Source: Eledone cirrhosa
Taxonomy: Eukaryota
Length of the DNA stretch: 64,000 nt
NCBI GenBank assembly: GCA_964016885.1
Contig: OZ024741.1
Coordinates: 303,986,001 to 304,050,000, forward strand
Direction: 5' to 3'
This document shows, piece after piece, positions 1 to 9,028 of this stretch. A program made the position numbers and the translations under genes. Positions within the stretch are counted from its first letter, which is position 1; every line of letters starts with the position of its first letter. The notes under the pieces were generated by a model. That model saw nothing but the letters and a program-made list of their open reading frames with translations, was not told the DNA's origin and ran no database searches.

Positions 1-80
1 TCGGGTCCCAAATAGGGATTTGAACTCGGAGGGATTTGAACTCAGAATATAAAAAAAATACAGAATAAATACTGCAGTTG

Positions 81-202
<122 letters not shown>

Positions 203-300
203 CCTATTTTTTAGAAGAAATCGGTTGTGTTCATACCTGGAGAGGGATAACGCCAATATGACCCATAAATACATACATACATATATACATACATACATGC

Positions 301-331
<31 letters not shown>

Positions 332-556
332 CATACATACATACATACATACATACATACAGTGGCGGACTGGCCAGGTCGTCAGCTTGCTTGATGGCAA
401 GTGGACCCCTCAGGGGTCCACGGTAGTACTTTAGGAGCCAATACAAAAACGTTACTTTCAAAGTAAATATCAGAAGTCTTAAACAAAGAATAAAAAAATT
501 AAGAAAAACAAATACAATAATTAAGCATATTATGGTCGACTTTTACATGAGTTTTA

Positions 557-628
<72 letters not shown>

Positions 629-631
<3 letters not shown>

Positions 632-1117
632 GATAAATCTACCAAGAGTTTACGGTAGTGTCCAATCCGTATGAAGAACTCAATGTATTCCGGATATCAT
701 GGAAAGAAGAGATGCAATGAAAAATCACTTTCGGTGAAAGATAAACGGAATACAGAGTCAAGATAAAATATTAAAAAAATAATGAATAAAACAATGAAAC
801 AGTTCCTTATATTAAACAAAAAAAGTTCATTATTTAACGATCGTTTCTAGGATATATATGTGTTAGAATTGGCATGCATATTCAACTATGTACAAAATTA
901 TACAAAATTATACAAACTATCAAGATGGCATATATGTGTGTTTGGTATGTATATTTAATCTTGATAGTTTGTATAATTTTGTATAATTTTGTACATAGAT
1001 CTGTTGAATATGCATGCCAATTCTAACACATATATATCCTAGAAACGATCGTTAAATAATGAACTTTTTTTGTTTAATATAAGGAACTGTTTCATTGTTT
1101 TATTCATTATTTTTTTA

Positions 1118-1126
<9 letters not shown>
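629..1126. mobile_element. Fold-back PLE-tail-like element in (TA)n, centre collapsed; paralog of 38153-38721
   Basis: Inverted arms at about 765-926 and 958-1126; same start (gtagataaatctacc) and same end as the 38-kb copy. Confidence 0.8.
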
Positions 1127-1150
<24 letters not shown>

Positions 1151-1156
<6 letters not shown>

Positions 1157-1459
1157 AATAGGATTTATCTTCAAGCATAGCTTTATACAATATGTATAAA
1201 TATTTCGTATCTCCAAAGAAATACGGTTTTAGGAAGCCGTAGCTATGCAAACAACGGCGGGCTAACGCCCTCCGGTGATGTCCAGCAGAAGCACGGGGGA
1301 CAACCGTCTATGCATTTCAGGCTTAACTGGCCATCGTCAGGACGGTCCCTCCCACAGCTTGCGACTGCTGGACTAGAAGACAAGCGAGAATATATAGTTT
1401 TCTCGTCTGTGTACATATTGTATAAAGCTATGGTTGAAGCGAAATCCTATTTCTTTTAT

Positions 1460-1460
<1 letters not shown>
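1151..1460. mobile_element. Short element with about 50-bp imperfect inverted ends, flanked by (TA)n, containing a hammerhead
   Basis: aaaagaaataggattt...tacaatatgta pairs with tacatattgta...aaatcctatttctttt. Confidence 0.75.
1304..1345 (-). ncRNA. Minimal hammerhead ribozyme
   Basis: ccgtc-CTGACGA-tggc(cagttaa)gcct-GAAA-tgca-ta-gacgg. Confidence 0.85.
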
Positions 1461-1496
<36 letters not shown>

Positions 1497-2284
1497 TGTT
1501 ATACTTTGGGAGGGTCATGCTACCAATAAAAACACACACACCTGTTGGTTTTCACTTCAATTCATTATAAATGTATGACAAAGTTCCGGTTGGTTGGCTG
1601 GTTCGTATTACTGGTACTTTATTTTATCGACCCCGTAAGGATGAAAGGCGCAGACCGTACATAGAAAATGCGTGCAGAATATATATAAAAAAAGAAGGAA
1701 TGTGTATGCATATGAGATAGTCCACAAAAGAAGTATGAGATACACACGTGGGTCTGTATACGGAAAATACATGAGGTGTTACAAAATGGAATGCATGGAG
1801 AGTATGCACTCTCTGCTGAAAAGATACACATGCAGGGGGGTGCGTGGACAGGCCATACTGGAGTATGTCACTGTGGTTGAGGTATAGTGTCTTATTGGTG
1901 TAAGGCACTGAACTGAATATCAATGGAATCCAGGTCAACCTGTCCCGGCTCAGACGATGTTTTTGCCTAGGGTGACGTGCAGAGTCGGGTAGGCATCCTG
2001 GGTTATTTCGGATTACCCGTTGGGTAAGCCGAAATAACCCAGGATATAATCGAGTATATATATATATATATATATATATACTCGATCTCATGTAAAAGTC
2101 AACCCTAGTATATATATATATATATATACTAAAACTCATGTAAAAGTCGACACTAGTATGCTTAATTGTTGTATTTGTTTCTTAATTTGTTATTCTTTCT
2201 CTAAGACTTCTGATATCTCCATCATTCCTATGTGGAAAAAGTACGTAGAGTGCTTGAATTGAACTGCATCAATATTTACCGTAA

Positions 2285-2369
<85 letters not shown>

Positions 2370-2410
2370 GTACGAAGCCGAATTTTCGGCTTTTGAAGCG
2401 ATGAGAATAT

Positions 2411-2690
2411 ATGTAATTATATAAGTATAAAGAAAGTGCTTTAAGAGCTTATAAAATAGGGTGAACAACCTTAGAAGACAGAAAAAGTATTGGCCAACGA
2501 CCACTATGATTAATTGAACCCCATATTTTCCAGATAGCGGCTAGAAGATATCTGGAAGATATGGGATTCAATTCCTCATAGCGGTCGTTGGCAAATTCTT
2601 TTCCGTCTTTTAAACGTCTTTACCCTATTTTATAAGCAGCAATCTTTATAACATTTCTGTGCTTGTACACTTTCTTTAGACGCATAACAT
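2411..2690. repeat. Diverged fold-back (imperfect palindrome) between microsatellites
   Basis: ttataaaatagggt...ccatattttccagata mirrored by tatctggaagatatgg...accctattttataa. Confidence 0.7.
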
Positions 2691-2693
2691 TAA

Positions 2694-2880
<187 letters not shown>

Positions 2881-3050
2881 TATAGATAGGTAAATATACA
2901 CGGGTGTGTATGATTGTGTATAGAAGATTATATTAATAAGAGGAATTCCAACTTTGTCTGATTTACTCGTTTTATTTACAATCCTTTAAAATATATATAA
3001 TGGTATTATAATGAAATAGTATGATAGAATATTAAATTCTAAGTGTTAAT

Positions 3051-3089
3051 TGAACAAGTACTTTCATGCTTTCGCAATCTTCAGGTTCA
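3051..3089 (-). ncRNA. Minimal hammerhead ribozyme (3' pseudo-LTR, copy A)
   Basis: Reverse complement of 11591-11629. Confidence 0.9.
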
Positions 3090-3464
3090 TGATATGTGGT
3101 GACAGTCGAGTTTGCAATTTTCAACTGTAATGAGATGGGTAAATTTCCTACCTTTTATACATTTTATACAGAGAAAAGTGGCTCCAGAATGCAAAGCCCT
3201 GTAAACTGTATTTCGACCAATCAGTGTGTAGTTTCACTGAATTACTACAGCTGATTGGTTTAAGCGTCACGGCTGGTTGAACATGCTAACGACCAATAGT
3301 CATATCCAACGTATCAATTGTTTTGCTTTTTTGAAATGATGAAAATAGCATTTTCTATTAATCATCACCATCAACATCACTTTTATTATTATTATTATTG
3401 TTGTTGTTGTTGTTGTTAGTGGTCGTGGTCATAGTGGTAGTAGAAGTAATACCCCTAGGCGTTA

Positions 3465-5651
3465 TTATTGTTCATTTAGCTTGGGTTTGAATTTATCAAT
3501 AAAATTCTTTTCTTTGATTTTTCTCTTGATTTCATTTGGGCTGTGTAATTTGTAGAATGGGAATATTATAAATATTCCCTGACCACATGTTGCCAGGTGG
3601 CCGCTTAGGGGTATCTGACGGACATTTGGGTCTCTGATTTGTTGACGGTGTACCCGTGCACGTTCCGATAGTGCATTTCCAGTTTGACCGACATATAGTT
3701 CTTCACAATTCGGGCATTTAATGCAGTAAATTAGATTTCTGCTTTTGCAGTTCATATTTGCATTTGTGAATATTTTTCCAGTTTTTGTTTTCATATATTG
3801 ACCGGCGTGTATGGATTGACATGTGCCGCATCGATTATCATTGCATTTAGATACAGTGAATGATTGGTCTTTGTTGTTAAGGTCAAACTTTGCTTTTGTT
3901 AGCAATTGCTTCAAATTTTTTGGCTGTCTTTTACTAAGAGTCAAAGATCGATCTGTGATTAAGCCTTTTAATTCATTACTTTGAGCAATGATCGGTAGGT
4001 TTGCTTTGGCAGTGTTGAAGATATTCTGGTGACATGGGTTGTGTGTCATTATAAATGGTATGACCAGTTCTTGGTTTCTTCTTCTTTGGGTTGTTCTAAG
4101 TTGTTGTATAGGTATTTTTATAGCCCGCTGTATGCCATTTTCTATAAGTAGAGATGGGTATTTTTGTTTGAGCAAAAATTCTCTTAGTTCTGTTAGGCGT
4201 TTGTACCTGGTATTCGTATCTTCTACAATGGTACAAATTCTTCTGGCTAGGCAGTATGGGATGTTGCGTTTTGTATGAGGTGGATGGCACGACTTAAAAT
4301 TCAGATATTGATGGGTGTCTGTGTGTTTATAATATATATCCGTGGTAATGGTGGTGTCGTTTTTGATTATCATTATATCTAGGAATGGTAATTTGGTCCT
4401 ACTCATCTCTTTTGTGAATTGGAGAGATGGGTGTAGGTTATTCAGGAGGATATTGAACTCATCCAGAGTATCTAGAGATTCTGTCCAGATGATGAAACAG
4501 TCGTCAAGGTATCTCTTCCAAGAATTTTCAATGTACTTTCTAAAGTCAGTACTATATTTTTCCTCTATTTCTTGGTAGAGTTGTTGTTCTAAGTATCCCA
4601 TTACAGAGTTCGCGTAAACGGGAGCAAACTTCGTTCCCATCGCTGTGCCTCTAATTTGGATGTAATTCTTTCCATTGAAGAAGAAAGTGTTGTTTTCCAG
4701 AATAAGTTTAACTGCGTCTAATATAAATGGCGCTGTGAATCTAATGGGAATCACTTCTCTATGTTTTTCCACCCAGTATTTAACCGCCTTTATTCCTAAA
4801 TCATGTGTAATGTTGGTGTAAAGGCTTACCACATCAAAACTGAGTAGAAGTGAATTCGTTTCCGTGGTTTTGGGAAGATGGGACAGGAAGTCGATATCAT
4901 CCCGGATGAAACTGGGTATGTGAATACATAGTGGTTTCAAAATAATGTCAACAAAATTGCTTAGACGGTGAGTGGGGCATGTTGGACCAGCTATAATAGG
5001 TCTAAGTTTTAAGTCTTTTGGGTGTAATAATTTAATGTACTCACTGTTTTGTTCTCTTACTGCCAGTTGTATTTCTTTTGACTTGTGAACTTTCGGTAGG
5101 CCATACAGGTTGCTGGGTTTCGGCTCAAAATTGGTGATGTAGTCTCTTTCCTTATCAGTAAATGAGTTGTGGTATTTTGAAGCCAGGTTGTTGATCTTCT
5201 TCATGATGTTGTGGTCTATATTTGACGGTATTTCATGATAGAATGTTGTGTCTTTCAGTTGTTCCTCAACCAAATCCTTGTAGTATTCAGTATCCATTAT
5301 AACAACTGCACCCCCTTTATCTGCTTGTTTAATTATTATTGTTTTATCATTTTGTATACGTTTAAGTGCAGACATTTCTGATTTGTTAATGTTTGGCCTA
5401 ACATTAGTATTATGTCTAAGAGGAAATTTAGACAGGATGTCAATGTATTGGTCGAGATAGATATTTCTTCCTTTTGGCGGAGTGAAATTTGATTTATTCT
5501 TTACTAGTGATTCATCACTCTCATTATTTTTATCAGCGAAGAATTCTACAAGACGTAATTTTCGACAGAATTCTTGGGTATCCTCCTTCAGTTCTTGGTG
5601 GTTGACTGTTGGAGTCGGTGTGAATTTCAGTCCTTTTGACAGAATTTGCAT
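3465..5651 (-). CDS. PLE ORF2: reverse transcriptase plus C-terminal GIY-YIG endonuclease (copy A; frame is open upstream to 5792)
   Basis: Motifs LSKGLKF, KQADKGGAVV, YGLPKVHK, LRPII, FDVVSLYT, GTAMGT, RYLDD, LPFLD, SCHP; CxxxxCxxC linker; LIY-CxxC-YVGQT..R..H..H; terminal KPKLN. Confidence 0.96.
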   Translation of the reverse strand: MQILSKGLKFTPTPTVNHQELKEDTQEFCRKLRLVEFFADKNNESDESLVKNKSNFTPPKGRNIYLDQYIDILSKFPLRHNTNVRPNINKSEMSALKRIQNDKTIIIKQADKGGAVVIMDTEYYKDLVEEQLKDTTFYHEIPSNIDHNIMKKINNLASKYHNSFTDKERDYITNFEPKPSNLYGLPKVHKSKEIQLAVREQNSEYIKLLHPKDLKLRPIIAGPTCPTHRLSNFVDIILKPLCIHIPSFIRDDIDFLSHLPKTTETNSLLLSFDVVSLYTNITHDLGIKAVKYWVEKHREVIPIRFTAPFILDAVKLILENNTFFFNGKNYIQIRGTAMGTKFAPVYANSVMGYLEQQLYQEIEEKYSTDFRKYIENSWKRYLDDCFIIWTESLDTLDEFNILLNNLHPSLQFTKEMSRTKLPFLDIMIIKNDTTITTDIYYKHTDTHQYLNFKSCHPPHTKRNIPYCLARRICTIVEDTNTRYKRLTELREFLLKQKYPSLLIENGIQRAIKIPIQQLRTTQRRRNQELVIPFIMTHNPCHQNIFNTAKANLPIIAQSNELKGLITDRSLTLSKRQPKNLKQLLTKAKFDLNNKDQSFTVSKCNDNRCGTCQSIHAGQYMKTKTGKIFTNANMNCKSRNLIYCIKCPNCEELYVGQTGNALSERARVHRQQIRDPNVRQIPLSGHLATCGQGIFIIFPFYKLHSPNEIKRKIKEKNFIDKFKPKLNEQ

Positions 5652-5698
5652 TTCATCATTGTCAAGATCTCTTTTAGATAAATTAATTATTTTAGGAT

Positions 5699-7048
5699 CT
5701 ACGTGTACAGCTGTTTTGGGTATGTTTCCTCCTGGAGTTTTTCTTTTTCCGGTTTTTGTTGTCCTGACGTTAAAAAATGAATTTTTCTCTGTTCAGGATT
5801 TATATTCCTGTTGGTGTTCGCTTGATGAACTTTTGGTCGTGATATTATATTTGGTTTCGTTATGTATTTTGTCCTATTTTTGGTATTCTGTATATTATTT
5901 TTCTTCCTGTTAGCATTATTTTTAACAATCTGGGAAAATGACCTAGGTTTGCTTTCAGGTTTAGATCGTTTTTTCGTCCAGTTTCTTGTGGGCAATCTCT
6001 GTTGAGATCTTGAGAGTGATTTGGTTATTCTACGTTTTGTTTCCACATTCCTTGTTGGTAGTCTCTGTTGAGATCTTGAGAATGATCTCCTGGTTTTACT
6101 ACTTCTCATGGTCTGGTCAAAGGAATACCTATCGTGTTTGTGCTTTTTGTTCATGTTGTGTGCGATAGGGTGTTTTTGTAGAAAAAGCGAAGAGTTATTA
6201 CCGTAGTTCTTCTTTGATTCAAGGTAAGGTGAGTGTTTGTGTTGGCACGTGTTCTGGCGTATGTTGTGTTGATGAGATTGTCCACTTTTAATGCTTTTTC
6301 TCAGGGTTCCAGAGTCTTTACCGTAATTTGCAGCATATTCATCGAGAAATAATTGTTTCTGCTGCCATACCTTTCTTGATTTGTTTTCTTCTTTTGAGAT
6401 ATCTCCGATCCATAGTTCTCGTAGTTTTTCAGCTATAATACCAGTCGTTAGCTTTGAAATTTCAACTTCAATTTGGTCATCAATAGCTTCATATTTGGCT
6501 TTGTAGCGGGATTGTTTACATTCAGAAATGGAGATGTCGGTCCTGAATTTTGTCAATGTAAGTTCCCATCGGAGTTTTGTTTCTTCTTCTGGTTCTCCTG
6601 CAATTTCTGTAATTAGGTATTTACGAGGGAGTATGGGTGCCGTTAGAGAGAGCCATTTCGAATGTGTTTCGACATATTTTTCGCATCTGTATGCTTTCCA
6701 GAAATTTTGTTTTCTTATGTTAAGGAATTTTTTCCATGTCTTCCACATTTCTTTTCTTATTCGATGTGTTTTGTTTTCCAAATTTCTTTCGTTTATTTCT
6801 GACATCCAAGGGGGTTGTGGTAGGCTTTCTCTTGTATCTTTGATAACTGTTGGTATAATTTCAGCTAAATTCTTAATTTCAGAGTTTATATGTTCAGTTA
6901 TAAGTTTTCCGTCTGTAGATTGTTTTTCTATTTCCTTTAAAATAGAGGATTGTGTGTCCATCATCGTGATAAGTGTTGATAATTTCGATGATATCTCCTT
7001 TAGAATTCTTTCTGATTCTGTTGGTTTCATTTGTTGCTTTCCAGACAT
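5699..7048 (-). CDS. PLE ORF1, 449 aa: helical/coiled-coil N-terminal part and K/R/S/N-rich basic C-terminal part (copy A, complete)
   Basis: Uninterrupted 449-codon ORF between the pseudo-LTR promoter and ORF2. Heptad-like N-terminus; duplicated SRSQQRLPTRN motif. Confidence 0.85.
   Translation of the reverse strand: MSGKQQMKPTESERILKEISSKLSTLITMMDTQSSILKEIEKQSTDGKLITEHINSEIKNLAEIIPTVIKDTRESLPQPPWMSEINERNLENKTHRIRKEMWKTWKKFLNIRKQNFWKAYRCEKYVETHSKWLSLTAPILPRKYLITEIAGEPEEETKLRWELTLTKFRTDISISECKQSRYKAKYEAIDDQIEVEISKLTTGIIAEKLRELWIGDISKEENKSRKVWQQKQLFLDEYAANYGKDSGTLRKSIKSGQSHQHNIRQNTCQHKHSPYLESKKNYGNNSSLFLQKHPIAHNMNKKHKHDRYSFDQTMRSSKTRRSFSRSQQRLPTRNVETKRRITKSLSRSQQRLPTRNWTKKRSKPESKPRSFSQIVKNNANRKKNNIQNTKNRTKYITKPNIISRPKVHQANTNRNINPEQRKIHFLTSGQQKPEKEKLQEETYPKQLYT
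5771..5777 (-). promoter_or_regulatory. Putative -1 ribosomal frameshift slippery site U_UUU_UUA (copy A)
   Basis: Mirror of 8903-8909. Confidence 0.7.
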
Positions 7049-7252
7049 GTTGGCATATACACAATAGGAATATATATATAGATATAGATAGGTAAATATA
7101 CACGGGTGTGTATGATTGTGTATAGAAGATTATATTAATAAGAGGAATTCCAACTTTGTCTGATTTACTCGTTTTATTTACAATCCTTTAAAATATATAT
7201 AATGGTATTATAATGAAATAGTATGATAGAATATTAAATTCTAAGTGTTAAT

Positions 7253-7291
7253 TGAACAAGTACTTTCATGCTTTCGCAATCTTCAGGTTCA
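7253..7291 (-). ncRNA. Minimal hammerhead ribozyme (5' pseudo-LTR)
   Basis: Identical to 3051-3089. Confidence 0.9.
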
Positions 7292-7352
7292 TGATATGTG
7301 GTGACAGTCGAGTTTGCAATTTTCAACTGTAATGAGATGGGTAAATTTCCTA

Positions 7353-7503
7353 CCTTTTATACATTTTATACAGAGAAAAGTGGCTCCAGAATGCAAAGCC
7401 CTGTAAACTGTATTTCGACCAATCAGTGTGTAGTTTCACTGAATTACTACAGCTGATTGGTTTAAGCGTCACGGCTGGTTGAACATGCTAACGACCAATA
7501 GTC
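7353..7503 (-). promoter_or_regulatory. Putative Pol II promoter in the pseudo-LTR: three CCAAT boxes and tandem TATAAAA
   Basis: Sense strand reads ctattggtc, aaccaatcag, ctgattggtc, then gtataaaatgtataaaagg, about 300 nt upstream of the ORF1 ATG. Also present at 3151-3301 (-) and 11379-11529 (+). Confidence 0.6.
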
Positions 7504-7782
7504 ATATCCAACGTATCAATTGTTTTGCTTTTTTGAAATGATGAAAATAGCATTTTCTATTAATCATCACCATCAACATCACTTTTATTATTATTATTAT
7601 TGTTGTTGTTGTTGTTGTTAGTGGTCGTGGTCATAGTGGTAGTAGAAGTAATACCCCTAGGCGTTATTATTGTTCATTTAGCTTGGGTTTGAATTTATCA
7701 ATAAAATTCTTTTCTTTGATTTTTCTCTTGATTTCATTTGGGCTGTGTAATTTGTAGAATGGGAATATTATAAGTTTTCCGT

Positions 7783-8981
7783 CTGAACATATAAACTCTG
7801 AAATTAAGAATTTAGCTGAAATTATACCAACAGTTATCAAAGATACAAGAGAAAGCCTACCACAACCCCCTTGGATGTCAGAAATAAACGAAAGAAATTT
7901 GGAAAACAAAACACATCGAATAAGAAAAGAAATGTGGAAGACATGGAAAAAATTCCTTAACATAAGAAAACAAAATTTCTGGAAAGCATACAGATGCGAA
8001 AAATATGTCGAAACACATTCGAAATGGCTCTCTCTAACGGCACCCATACTCCCTCGTAAATACCTAATTACAGAAATTGCAGGAGAACCAGAAGAAGAAA
8101 CAAAACTCCGATGGGAACTTACATTGACAAAATTCAGGACCGACATCTCCATTTCTGAATGTAAACAATCCCGCTACAAAGCCAAATATGAAGCTATTGA
8201 TGACCAAATTGAAGTTGAAATTTCAAAGCTAACGACTGGTATTATAGCTGAAAAACTACGAGAACTATGGATCGGAGATATCTCAAAAGAAGAAAACAAA
8301 TCAAGAAAGGTATGGCAGCAGAAACAATTATTTCTCGATGAATATGCTGCAAATTACGGTAAAGACTCTGGAACCCTGAGAAAAAGCATTAAAAGTGGAC
8401 AATCTCATCAACACAACATACGCCAGAACACGTGCCAACACAAACACTCACCTTACCTTGAATCAAAGAAGAACTACGGTAATAACTCTTCGCTTTTTCT
8501 ACAAAAACACCCTATCGCACACAACATGAACAAAAAGCACAAACACGATAGGTATTCCTTTGACCAGACCATGAGAAGTAGTAAAACCAGGAGATCATTC
8601 TCAAGATCTCAACAGAGACTACCAACAAGGAATGTGGAAACAAAACGTAGAATAACCAGATCACTCTCAAGATCTCAACAGAGATTGCCCACAAGAAACT
8701 GGACGAAAAAACGATCTAAACCTGAAAGCAAACCTAGGTCATTTTCCCAGATTGTTAAAAATAATGCTAACAGGAAGAAAAATAATATACAGAATACCAA
8801 AAATAGGACAAAATACATAACGAAACCAAATATAATATCACGACCAAAAGTTCATCAAGCGAACACCAACAGGAATATAAATCCTGAACAGAGAAAAATT
8901 CATTTTTTAACGTCAGGACAACAAAAACCGGAAAAAGAAAAACTCCAGGAGGAAACATACCCAAAACAGCTGTACACGTAG
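7783..8981 (+). pseudogene. 5'-truncated ORF1 (copy B)
   Basis: Identical to copy A ORF1 from about residue 52 onward except one K>R change; lacks the start codon and promoter. Confidence 0.85.
8903..8909 (+). promoter_or_regulatory. Putative -1 ribosomal frameshift slippery site U_UUU_UUA (copy B)
   Basis: ORF1 reads cat ttt tta acg. ORF2 is in the -1 frame and opens after TGA at 8885-8887. Confidence 0.7.
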
Positions 8982-9028
8982 ATCCTAAAATAATTAATTT
9001 ATCTAAAAGAGATCTTGACAATGATGAA

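Larger units (their letters stand above)
7071..7773 (-). repeat. 5' pseudo-LTR of the PLE (endonuclease C-terminal coding tail plus 3' UTR)
   Basis: Direct repeat of 2869-3571 lying upstream of ORF1. Confidence 0.93.

Noticed and set aside
6528-8152. Antisense ORFs 6528-7067 and 7667-8152 (the latter fused to the EN tail)
   Set aside because: Shadow frames of ORF1 and a by-product of the inversion junction.
8804-8887. Selenocysteine or stop read-through at the TGA upstream of ORF2
   Set aside because: The frame closes again at TAG 8804-8806 with no Met in between, so read-through would not give a start.
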